A stretch of 64,000 bases of DNA, taken from Chloroherpetonaceae bacterium (lineage in GTDB: Bacteria; Bacteroidota; Chlorobiia; Chlorobiales; Thermochlorobacteraceae). The notes beneath the pieces were generated by a model. It was not told the DNA's origin, made no database searches, and worked only from the letters and a program-made list of their open reading frames with translations. Location of the stretch: positions 61,689 to 125,688 of the forward strand of contig JANWWA010000004.1 of the NCBI GenBank assembly GCA_025056565.1. The letters are read 5' to 3'. The position numbers and the translations under genes are program-made. Positions 55,865 through 64,000 of the stretch are shown piece by piece. How positions within the stretch are numbered: the stretch's first letter is position 1; each line of letters starts with the position of its first letter.

Positions 55865-56977
55865 TTAGGCTTGTGATTTTTGTTTGGCCATCTGGCTAAG
55901 GGCAGCCAGCGCGCTGAGTGTATTGTTGGGGTTCAGCGCAGGCTTGCTGTCTTGCGCAGCTTTATCTGAATGATGTGAAGTGCCATTGCTGCTGCTTTCT
56001 TCTAACTTAGATTTTACCTGATAGAGATAGAGGTCAATTGCTTCAGCAATCGTTTCGCGCAGTTTTTCAGGATGCCATGGCTTCTGAATGTAGCGATAGA
56101 TTTGTCCCTCGTTGATAAGGCGGATGATGTCTTCAACATCAGTGTATGCCGTGATGAGAATCTTAGGCACAAGCGGCGCAATCTCTCTGGATTCAATGAG
56201 AAAGTCTGTGCCGGTCTTCTTCGGCATACGCTGGTCAGTGAGAAGCAGCGTCATAAAAGAGTCTTGCTTTAAGAGCGCCATCGCTTCATCGGCTGAGCGA
56301 GCCGTAAAAACTTCATAAGAATCAGAGAGCAATTGCGTAAGCGCAGTCAGCACACCTTGCTCATCATCGACGACCAAAATCTTGGGCTTACCGCTGGGGC
56401 TTTGAAAGGCTTGCTCAACATTGCCTGGAGCAGCTTGCGTAAGTCGGTCGAAGAACTTCTCCTCAATGCTGCGCTGCTTTTGCAATTCTTGCATAGCGAG
56501 GCTTTGCACAGAGCTCGATTCAAGTGCTTCGGGAGAGGCAACGGGTTCTGACTTTTTAGCCGCTTCCTTTGCTTCTTTGACCTTTTTGCGACTAAGGTAA
56601 GTTGCGGCTGCCAGTGAGACAATCGCCGTCAGTTCATCAGGTTTCCAAGGCTTTTTGACATAGCGGAACACTTCACCCACATTAACCGAATCCAAAATTG
56701 CATCAGCATCAGCAAAACCTGTCAGCAAGATGCGAATCGTGTCTGGGGAGATTTCCTTGATGGCTTTGAGCACATCAATGCCTTTGAGGCCGGGCATTCG
56801 CTGGTCGCTCACCACGATTGCAATATCGGGATGCTGCCGCACATACTCAATTGCTTCTTGACCGCAGCAGACTGTGTGCACATCGTAGGTGGTGTCAAAG
56901 AGCTGCGCTAGCCCCTCGAGAATCATTGGCTCATCATCAACGAAGAGCACTTTAAGTTTCTTGGATGATTGCATCAT
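55865..56977 (-). CDS. response regulator with two receiver domains, no output domain (paralogue of 50957-52231)
   Basis: REC1 VLFVDDEP...VSDQRMPGLKG...LLTGF...FRYVKKPW. REC2 ILVVDDEQ...LTDQRMPKKTG...LITAY...YRYIQKPW. Shorter linker with a single IEEKFFDRL. Its stop lies 22 nt before the kinase 2 start. Confidence 0.9.
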   Translation of the reverse strand: MMQSSKKLKVLFVDDEPMILEGLAQLFDTTYDVHTVCCGQEAIEYVRQHPDIAIVVSDQRMPGLKGIDVLKAIKEISPDTIRILLTGFADADAILDSVNVGEVFRYVKKPWKPDELTAIVSLAAATYLSRKKVKEAKEAAKKSEPVASPEALESSSVQSLAMQELQKQRSIEEKFFDRLTQAAPGNVEQAFQSPSGKPKILVVDDEQGVLTALTQLLSDSYEVFTARSADEAMALLKQDSFMTLLLTDQRMPKKTGTDFLIESREIAPLVPKILITAYTDVEDIIRLINEGQIYRYIQKPWHPEKLRETIAEAIDLYLYQVKSKLEESSSNGTSHHSDKAAQDSKPALNPNNTLSALAALSQMAKQKSQA

Positions 56978-57131
56978 AGTTTAGTTTTGTTTGCGTTGCA
57001 GAGCCTACTGTGCAAAAAGTGCAGCAAAAGTCGCTCAGGGCGCTTCAAAAGAAATAAGATTTCGATAAGTTTTGAATAATTTGACTTGGTAAGTTCTTTC
57101 AAAAAGAGGACTTACGCTCGAAATTTTTTTT

Positions 57132-58907
57132 TCATAGCCCGCCTCCATTGCGCAAAACAGGGTTGGGTTGGCTTGACTGGCGCATGAAAAACGACTGTGG
57201 CTGTGGCACATAGACAGCGTAGTTGGGGGTGTCCAAGACCTTCACAAGCTGGAGCAGGTGGGCAGTCCATTCTAACTCATTGACGGTTTGTAGCTGCAGT
57301 CTTTCGCTGGAAAGAACAGTCTTTTCGAGCACAATTGCGCACGATGGCTCTGCTGCAAGTGTATCTCGAAGCGCTGCAGCAGCAGTGACAGGCAACCGCA
57401 CATAGCGCATCATTGCGCCCCACTTCATAGTATCCACGTCAATCCCATCAAAGTAGTAGCTGAACTGTGGATTAAAACGCTGGTCTCCAATGCGCGCAGG
57501 AGGCACAAGGTGAATGAGACAGGCGGGCTTAGACTGGTGCACAAACTCCGATGCGGACTTTGCCCCGTGATAAGTTTGCACAAATGCTAATCCATTGACT
57601 GCACTCCATATTGCAACACAGGTGCTGGTCAAGATAAGCAAGGTAAGAAGCACTGCGCGCGTTTGCTCACGACGCAAAGCTATGTGCACCAAAGCACCCG
57701 CTGCCAGCGCTGCAGCCAGCACAGCCACTATGCCCAGCATGACCAGCCAATCCTGATTGAGTATCGCTTCAAGCACTGCGCGGTGAAAGGGTTGCAAGAG
57801 CGACCAAATGCAGGATAGAAACAGTGCGCTCAATGCGATTAGCTTCACCAAGTGGTGCTCGTTAGGCACATTCAGTAGCAAGGATAAGGATTCTGCAGCC
57901 ATCAATATCAGGGGTGGCAAAAAAAGCAGCGTGTACCAAAGGAGCTTGGTTTGCGAAAGCGATAGCACCGATGCGGTAAGCAGTAGCCAGATAAGCCATC
58001 TCACACGATAGGGCTTACGAACATGCGGTTGCCGCCAAAATGCCCAGAACCAAAGCATACTCAGCGCAGCCAAAGGGATACGCGTGAGCACTACATTGAG
58101 ATAGTAAAAGACCCCTGTGCGATGCTGCGACAGCATTTGATTGCGCTGCACTCGGTCGGCCACAAACCATGAGATATACTGCTCAAAATATCCCGGATGC
58201 TGAGCACATATCCACGCAAACCATAGCATCGCCACTGAAAGTCCAAGAGCATAGAACAGTAGTAAGGCACGCAAAGCATTCTTGCAGGTAATTTGCTTTG
58301 TCCAAATGCGATAGCCTTCACACAGACCAATTGCAAGCGCAGGAAAAAGTCCAACCAGCACTTTCGTCATCAAAGCGCCGCCAAGCACCAATCCAGCCGC
58401 TGCAGCATGCCAGAGGCGACCGGACTGTTCATAGCGCTGGAAAAAATAAACTTGAAGCATGGAAAGCCACATCAGCAACATATCAAGCTGAGCAAGGCGA
58501 GCATACCAGAGCACCAGTGGCAAAAAGCCTGCTACAACTAGCGCATAAAGCGGGGTATGTGGTAAATCTGACCGTTTTGCAACCTGCACCAGCGTTGTCA
58601 AAAAAAGGCAGGCAGCAAGCCACGACGGCAAGCGAAAAGCAAACTCTCCCATTCCAACCACCTTCGCCGAGAGTGCAGCAAGCCAGATGTAGAGCGGTGG
58701 GTGAGACGCAGAGTAAAATCCGCCGATGGCATAGTCGCTTTGGTCAAGCCAGCAATTGAAGTAAAGGATGGCTTTCGTGCGCAGAGCGTAGTAGCCTTCA
58801 TCGTAAGGCTGAAGTTCCAAGTAAGGCAGTTGCCATAGCACAAGCAGCCATATCGACAGTGCAAGTAAGGAGGTAAAAGTCAGAGATGGCTGAAATAGCC
58901 TTCGCAT
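57132..58907 (-). CDS. polytopic glycosyltransferase, family 39/83-like (ArnT/PMT-type)
   Basis: N-terminal loop YDEGYYALRTKAIL...SHPPLYIWLAALSAKVVGMGEFAFRLPSWL is typical of ArnT/PMT_2 proteins. About 12 TMs and a soluble C-terminal domain. The ATG at 58907 is preferred over the TTG at 58910. Confidence 0.78.
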   Translation of the reverse strand: MRRLFQPSLTFTSLLALSIWLLVLWQLPYLELQPYDEGYYALRTKAILYFNCWLDQSDYAIGGFYSASHPPLYIWLAALSAKVVGMGEFAFRLPSWLAACLFLTTLVQVAKRSDLPHTPLYALVVAGFLPLVLWYARLAQLDMLLMWLSMLQVYFFQRYEQSGRLWHAAAAGLVLGGALMTKVLVGLFPALAIGLCEGYRIWTKQITCKNALRALLLFYALGLSVAMLWFAWICAQHPGYFEQYISWFVADRVQRNQMLSQHRTGVFYYLNVVLTRIPLAALSMLWFWAFWRQPHVRKPYRVRWLIWLLLTASVLSLSQTKLLWYTLLFLPPLILMAAESLSLLLNVPNEHHLVKLIALSALFLSCIWSLLQPFHRAVLEAILNQDWLVMLGIVAVLAAALAAGALVHIALRREQTRAVLLTLLILTSTCVAIWSAVNGLAFVQTYHGAKSASEFVHQSKPACLIHLVPPARIGDQRFNPQFSYYFDGIDVDTMKWGAMMRYVRLPVTAAAALRDTLAAEPSCAIVLEKTVLSSERLQLQTVNELEWTAHLLQLVKVLDTPNYAVYVPQPQSFFMRQSSQPNPVLRNGGGL

Positions 58908-59030
58908 CAATCAAGCTCCAATTCTTAGCTTACGCAACAGGATTTTGAAGTGCTTTTGCTTGTAAAGACGGCTACACACAGCTTCTCTTAGACGCATTTG
59001 CAAAAATATGCGAAAAGCGAGGAGCTTTGA

Positions 59031-60056
59031 CTACTCCAGACTTTTGGGGCGAATTTCTTCTTGCCAGCGTTTGAGCCAAGCGCGCTGATGGCGCTCGAGG
59101 TAATCGGTTTGCGACAGAAGTGGTTTAAGCGATAAACCTTTCAGCCAGTCCACATTTAGCTTCAAGTCACTGCGAGCAGGAATGCGGTAGAAGCGTTCCG
59201 CTTGAATGTGTAGACTTTCTGGGGAAGTGACGAACTCATAGAATCGCTTTGCATTCTCCAAGTGCTTTGCGCCCTTTACAATTGCAATGCCCTCAATAGC
59301 GAAAACGGTGCCGCTTTCAGGGAGAATAAAACCAAATGGAAATCGATTCAAGCGAGATTGCAAAAGGGCATCATTTAGGTTCCAGAGTGTGAGCAACGCC
59401 TCGCCACGAGCGAGTTTCAAAAAAAGCTGTGTTGGGTCAGCTGCATAGCTTTTCGTATTAGCATGCAGCTTTTCTAGCCACGCAAAGCCAGAGTCGACCG
59501 ACCCAGTGCGCACGCGCTCCTTTTCAATCATTGCTGCAAAGATGGTCTGCATTGTGCCTGATTGCACAGGGTCACGAATGATGATTTGACGCTGCCAGCG
59601 TCTATCCAAAAGGTCGTCCCACTCTTTGGGCACAGCATCTGGCGAAAGGAGTTCTGTGTTGTACATAATGCCTTCTGCCGTCCGATGCGTGGCGTGCCAA
59701 GTGTGACGAGGCGACTTGTATTCAGGAGACAAGGCAGAAGCCCATGACGGCGTATAAGGTTCCAGCAGCCCTAACGAATCCGCAAGCACAAACAGCTCTT
59801 TAGGACCACCCCACCACACATCAGCCTGTGGATTTTCTCGCTCAGTCTGAATGCGGTCAAAGATGCTCTGCGACCCCATATCGAGCCAGACGACATCTAC
59901 AGTTGGATAGGCTGCCTCAAAAGCTTGCTCGAAGTAAGAGAGCATTTCTTTGCCGTGTGGCGAGTAGACCACAACCTTGTCTTTGGCAGGGGTCTGGCAA
60001 CTGGCTAAAAGTCCGATTAGCCAAAGGTGCACGGGTATACGAAAGATGTGTAGCAT
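59031..60056 (-). CDS. ABC-transporter periplasmic substrate-binding lipoprotein (Fe3+/polyamine-type family 1), orphan
   Basis: Lipobox GLLASC. VVVYSPHGKEMLSYFEQAFEAAYP...VWLDMGSQSIFDRI...ADVWWGG pattern of FbpA/PotD-like binding proteins. No permease or ATPase gene is adjacent. Confidence 0.75.
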   Translation of the reverse strand: MLHIFRIPVHLWLIGLLASCQTPAKDKVVVYSPHGKEMLSYFEQAFEAAYPTVDVVWLDMGSQSIFDRIQTERENPQADVWWGGPKELFVLADSLGLLEPYTPSWASALSPEYKSPRHTWHATHRTAEGIMYNTELLSPDAVPKEWDDLLDRRWQRQIIIRDPVQSGTMQTIFAAMIEKERVRTGSVDSGFAWLEKLHANTKSYAADPTQLFLKLARGEALLTLWNLNDALLQSRLNRFPFGFILPESGTVFAIEGIAIVKGAKHLENAKRFYEFVTSPESLHIQAERFYRIPARSDLKLNVDWLKGLSLKPLLSQTDYLERHQRAWLKRWQEEIRPKSLE

Positions 60057-60109
60057 GGCAAAAGATGTCGTTACGGTGAGCCTTCAACGCTCAGGTGCAA
60101 ATGATTCGT

Positions 60110-60418
60110 TCAACTGGGCTTTGATTTTGCGCGCAGCGCCGCCGCACAAGCTACGCAAATGCCGTGAGAGACAGTGTGATACTCATTCTCTTTAGTAGGG
60201 CGAATCCGTAAAACTTCACCACACCATGCACAGACTTGCACCACAAATTGCTGCGCCGGTTCCGAGTGACTCGAGTGGGCAAGTGTTGGCACAAACTGCC
60301 TGAAACGGCATAGTGCAGGTGCAGAATCACAGTGAACTTGGCAGCCCAAGCGCTGGCAGGTTTCGGGGGGAAAATGAAATGGGCAAGTAGATTGCGCTCT
60401 ATCCATTTGCTTGCACAT
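60110..60418 (-). CDS. possible small Cys/His-rich (zinc-ribbon-like) protein
   Basis: 102-aa ORF with ATG starts at 60418 and 60406. 9 Cys arranged as CPFH..C....C...C and CAWC...(18)...HGICVAC. The overlapping alternative frame looks less protein-like. No family recognised. Confidence 0.35.
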   Translation of the reverse strand: MCKQMDRAQSTCPFHFPPETCQRLGCQVHCDSAPALCRFRQFVPTLAHSSHSEPAQQFVVQVCAWCGEVLRIRPTKENEYHTVSHGICVACAAALRAKSKPS

Positions 60419-60663
60419 TTAACGAACCCGCTAATCAAAAACGGCTGCATGACAAGCGCTCAAACACCGTGCCAGTCCAAAAGGATAGGCACAAACATAG
60501 CGTCCTGCGTAGGTAAGCACAGCCGTCAGGGCAAAAATCACCATAGCGTGGCGAAATCTCCACCGAAGTCTGCTGAACCCACCTTGCACTGCAGAAATCA
60601 CCGAAGCCATCGCAAGTTCAAAGTGCCTATATTTGGCAGATACAGGTATGAATCCCAAGAACG

Positions 60664-63600
60664 ATGACGCCGAACTTCATTCATCTTCATACCCATACAC
60701 ATTACTCTATGCTGAGCAGTCCCATTCTGCCAGCCGAACTGTTTCAGAAATGCCTTGACTTAGGAATGAACGCAGTGGCGGTAACTGACCATGCGTCGCT
60801 GTTCAATATGCCGGAGCTATTTAGTGAGGCAAAGAAAGTCTCTGAAAAGTGTGGTCAGCCTTTCAAGCTCATCGTTGGAGCGGAGCTATTTATTGCGCCT
60901 ACATCACGCCACGACAAAAGCACCACCGAAGTGCACCACTTAAATGTGCTGGTGAAAAATCGGATAGGCTACAAGAACCTATGCAAAATTCTCTCCATTG
61001 CAGCACGGGAAGGGTTTTATTACCGCCCCCGTGCAGACCGTGAAACGCTCTTCACACACGCCGAAGGGCTAATTTGCACCACTTCTTGTGACCGTGGTGA
61101 ACTGGCTAAGCTGGTGCTGAGGGGCGATGAAGCAGGTGCGGAGGCATTTATCAAAGCACATAAGGAAGTGTTCGGCGATGATTTCTACATTGAGCTCGAG
61201 CGACACAACGCACCCGAAGACGCACGCCTAAATGCGCACCTTATCCGACTGGCTACGAAATGGGACGTGAAACTGGTTGCGACCAACGATGTGCACTACT
61301 TGGAGAAAAAAGATGCGCCCATTCAAGAAGTAATGCTGGCAATGAAGAGCAAAGCAACGCTCTCTTCCAGCAAACGAATGAAGTTTCCAACCGATGAATT
61401 TTACCTCAAATCCCCCGAAGAAATGGCTGCACTTTTCGACAACAGCCACAATGAACTGTCGCACACGCTGGAAATTGCCGAGAAGTGTGAGTTTCACTTC
61501 AAAGATAGCAACCCCCAACTGCCGCTCTTCAAATTACCCGAAGGATTCAAAGATGACGCGGACTATCTGCGCTACCTCACCTATCAAGGTGCTGCACGCA
61601 AATATGGCGACCTTGATGCACTAGGCGAGCGTGGCAAGCAAATTCGTGAGCGCATTGAGTATGAACTGACCACGATTGCCAAAATGGGCTTTAGCTCCTA
61701 CTTCCTGATTGTGAGCGACCTTATCGCCGCCTCGCGTCGACAAGGCTACTCGGTAGGGCCTGGACGGGGCTCGGTCGCAGGTAGCATTGTAGCCTATCTA
61801 ACGGATATCACCCGTGTGGAGCCGCTCCAGTATGACCTGCTCTTCGAGCGTTTTCTCAATCCTGAGCGCATCTCAATGCCCGACATTGACATTGATTTTA
61901 CACCTGTAGGCAAGCAAAAAGTCTTGGAATACACGATTGATCGCTACGGTGAGCAAAGCGTGGCAAAAGTGGTGGCGATTTCAACCTTAGGTGCCAAAGC
62001 AGTTATCAAAGATGTTGGACGAGTCTTGGAAATTCCTCTCGAGGAAGTGACGCGGATTACAAAATTAGTGCCCAGCAAGCCGATTGGGGCAGCGTTGCGC
62101 GACTTTGTCTATGGCAAGCGTGACAAGCACGGTAACCTTGAAATTGAGCCTGTTAAAGAGCTGCAGGACTTGCTTAAAAGTCCTGATGTGCGCATTCGAA
62201 AACTGATGGAATATTCGCTGGCGCTGGAAGGACGAGCGCGCAATGTGTCAGTGCATGCAGCAGGCGTGGTCATCACCAATGGATGTGTCGATGACTACGT
62301 GCCACTCTACATTTCCGACAAGGTGGAAGCCGAAGAGCGCCGCTACGCTGATGAAGAACCCGAAGAAATCGAGCTGAGCAGCACCGGCTTCAAAAGCAAG
62401 GATGAAAAGCAGGTCGTAACGCAGTTCGATAAAGACTGGATTGAAAAAGCAGGGCTACTTAAAATTGACTATCTTGGCTTAGAGACGCTGGCCGTGATTG
62501 ATGAAGCCTTGCGGCTCATTGAAAAGCGGCACAAAGTTACTATTGATTTGGAAAGCCTGCCAATGGACGATATGAAGACCTACAAAATTTTTCAGGACGG
62601 CAAAATGGCAGGCATTTTCCAGTTTGAATCGCCTGGCATGCAAAGCTATATGATGCAACTGCGCCCCACATGCATTGATGACATTATTGCAATGAATGCG
62701 CTCTACCGCCCAGGTCCGATGGACTTGATTCCACGCTACATCGAGCGCAAGCACGGCCGTGAAGCCATTGAGTATCCGCATCCCTTGCTCGAGCCGATTT
62801 TAAAGTCCACCTACGGCATCCCAGTCTATCAAGAGCAAGTGATGCAGATGGCGCAGGTGATGGCGGGCTACACGCTCGGCGGGGCGGACATTCTGCGGCG
62901 TGCAATGGGCAAAAAGGAAAAAGACAAGATGGCACAGGAACGTGAAAAGTTCGTAAAAGGCGCAGCCGAGCGCGGCATCTCTGAGGCCAAAGCAAATGAA
63001 GTCTTTGATATGATGGAAAAATTTGCTGGCTACGGCTTCAATAAATCGCATGCAGCAGCCTATGGGATTTTGGCATACTGGACAGCGTATCTCAAAGCGC
63101 ATTACACCGCAGAGTTTATGTGTGCGGTGCTGAACAGCGAAGCAGGTGACGCAGAACGAATGAAATTGCTCACCGATGAAGTGCGGTCAATGGGTATCAA
63201 GATTTTGCCGCCGAGCCTGAACAAAAGCGACGCACTCTCAACTGTCGAAGACTTGCCAAACGGGCGCACAGCAATTCGCATTGGTTTTTCAGCCATCAAG
63301 CACGTAGGCAGTGCAGCAAAAGAGATTGTAGCAGCTCGCAAACGCCGCAGGAAATCTTTCAAAAACTTGTTTGACTTCTGTGCGTCGGTAGATTTGCGCG
63401 TGATCAATCGAAAGGCTATTGAGTGCCTGATTGAAGCAGGTGCAATGGACGAGTTCGGGGTAGGGCGGGCTACGCTCTTGCAGAACCTCGAGCGCGCTAT
63501 AGAGTTTGGACAAAAGCAGAATAGGCGCACCACTTTGGGGCAAGAGGGCTTTTTTAACGATGAGCAGTTTCTCGGCTCGGAAGAGGCTGCATACCCAGAG

Positions 63601-64000
63601 CTGGTAAAAGCCGAAGAGTGGAGCGATTCAGAGCGACTGCGCCGTGAAGTGGCGCTTATTGGTTTCTATGTGTCCACACACCCGCTCGATGCCTATCGCC
63701 GTGATTGGGAAGCCTTTGCTACACTCAAGCTCGGCAGCAAAACCTTTGAGCCGAAGCGACTCTATCGCATTATTGGCGTGCTCACCGAGCTGAAAAAGCA
63801 TCTGGACAAAAAAGGCAATCCAATGCTTTTTGGCACGATTGAAGACTTCGAAGGTAAGGCAGACCTAACCGCATTCGCCAGCGTGTATGAACGCTTCGAG
63901 AAAGACTTCCAGAAAGATGCGGTTGTGATGCTAATTGCTGAGGCAGAGCGCAAAGACAATCAAACCAAACTCTTGGTGCAAGAAGTGATTCCTATTCGGA
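60664..64000 (+). CDS. dnaE: DNA polymerase III alpha subunit, 3' end cut by the window
   Basis: Absent from the ORF track because the frame stays open to the window end. My translation from the ATG at 60664 is MTPNFIHLHTHTHYSMLSSPILPAELFQKCLDLGMNAVAVTDHASLFNMPELF (PHP domain). Later in frame are GGADILRRAMGKKEKDKM and FAGYGFNKSHAAAYGILAYWTAYLKAHY. Confidence 0.93.
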   Translation, partial: MTPNFIHLHTHTHYSMLSSPILPAELFQKCLDLGMNAVAVTDHASLFNMPELFSEAKKVSEKCGQPFKLIVGAELFIAPTSRHDKSTTEVHHLNVLVKNRIGYKNLCKILSIAAREGFYYRPRADRETLFTHAEGLICTTSCDRGELAKLVLRGDEAGAEAFIKAHKEVFGDDFYIELERHNAPEDARLNAHLIRLATKWDVKLVATNDVHYLEKKDAPIQEVMLAMKSKATLSSSKRMKFPTDEFYLKSPEEMAALFDNSHNELSHTLEIAEKCEFHFKDSNPQLPLFKLPEGFKDDADYLRYLTYQGAARKYGDLDALGERGKQIRERIEYELTTIAKMGFSSYFLIVSDLIAASRRQGYSVGPGRGSVAGSIVAYLTDITRVEPLQYDLLFERFLNPERISMPDIDIDFTPVGKQKVLEYTIDRYGEQSVAKVVAISTLGAKAVIKDVGRVLEIPLEEVTRITKLVPSKPIGAALRDFVYGKRDKHGNLEIEPVKELQDLLKSPDVRIRKLMEYSLALEGRARNVSVHAAGVVITNGCVDDYVPLYISDKVEAEERRYADEEPEEIELSSTGFKSKDEKQVVTQFDKDWIEKAGLLKIDYLGLETLAVIDEALRLIEKRHKVTIDLESLPMDDMKTYKIFQDGKMAGIFQFESPGMQSYMMQLRPTCIDDIIAMNALYRPGPMDLIPRYIERKHGREAIEYPHPLLEPILKSTYGIPVYQEQVMQMAQVMAGYTLGGADILRRAMGKKEKDKMAQEREKFVKGAAERGISEAKANEVFDMMEKFAGYGFNKSHAAAYGILAYWTAYLKAHYTAEFMCAVLNSEAGDAERMKLLTDEVRSMGIKILPPSLNKSDALSTVEDLPNGRTAIRIGFSAIKHVGSAAKEIVAARKRRRKSFKNLFDFCASVDLRVINRKAIECLIEAGAMDEFGVGRATLLQNLERAIEFGQKQNRRTTLGQEGFFNDEQFLGSEEAAYPELVKAEEWSDSERLRREVALIGFYVSTHPLDAYRRDWEAFATLKLGSKTFEPKRLYRIIGVLTELKKHLDKKGNPMLFGTIEDFEGKADLTAFASVYERFEKDFQKDAVVMLIAEAERKDNQTKLLVQEVIPIR

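Noticed and set aside
60431-60658. 75-aa minus-strand ORF with a hydrophobic stretch, and the overlapping 60151-60450 ORF.
   Set aside because: No start context or recognisable motif. It overlaps other candidate frames and sits in what is more likely the dnaE promoter region. Left unannotated.
61228-63543. Minus-strand ORFs of 84-143 aa listed in the track (61228-61518, 62479-63102, 63102-63543).
   Set aside because: They lie antisense to the open dnaE frame, which is missing from the track only because it has no stop inside the window.
1-64000. Search for mobile elements, defence islands, CRISPR arrays, toxin-antitoxin pairs and tRNA/rRNA genes.
   Set aside because: By eye I found no transposase, integrase or recombinase-like ORF. 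I found no spacer-repeat array, no T-loop-like GGTTCGAATCC-type sequence in the intergenic spacers, and no abrupt compositional island. The window looks like core chromosome. A tRNAscan/Infernal run would be needed to be certain about small RNAs.

Overview
Gene-dense chromosomal window with 44 CDS calls. I recognised no rRNA or tRNA gene, CRISPR array, transposase or integrase. The gene content points to a phototroph of the Chlorobiota/Bacteroidota (FCB) lineage. A pscA-pscB operon for a homodimeric type-I (Fe-S) photosynthetic reaction centre lies at 33474-36243 on the minus strand. The same genome uses T9SS C-terminal sorting domains, Bat-type vWA/TPR genes and TonB-dependent receptors. I cannot name the species. 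Other content falls into five groups. (1) An ECF sigma / anti-sigma / DUF4097 module. (2) Several secreted peptidases (S9, S8, DPP-IV, M48). (3) A four-gene putative iron-uptake operon: DUF4856-like lipoprotein, imelysin, HTTM, TonB receptor. (4) A translationally coupled CDF-SugE-ScsB/DsbD operon. (5) Housekeeping genes (asd, suhB-like, tadA, mnmE, prfA, and dnaE truncated by the window end). There is also a bacterial voltage-gated channel homologue, a giant T9SS surface protein, a 7-bladed propeller protein, and two tandem paralogous signalling modules (REC-REC response regulator plus multi-PAS histidine kinase). Items I consider most worth follow-up: (a) a CarH/LitR-like B12-binding MerR regulator directly upstream of pscAB; (b) a repeat-laden 318-nt leader between that regulator and pscA; (c) an unusually short PscB, with an intrinsic terminator-like hairpin between pscA and pscB; (d) the output-less REC-REC regulators, whose linker carries three SFEEEFFA motifs; (e) a channel with a TFDDW selectivity filter; (f) a structured leader upstream of the CDF-sugE operon. 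All functional calls rest on motifs read by eye from the supplied translations and on remembered family signatures. No database search, covariance model or folding program could be run. Start codons were refined by hand where the ORF track used an upstream TTG/GTG.
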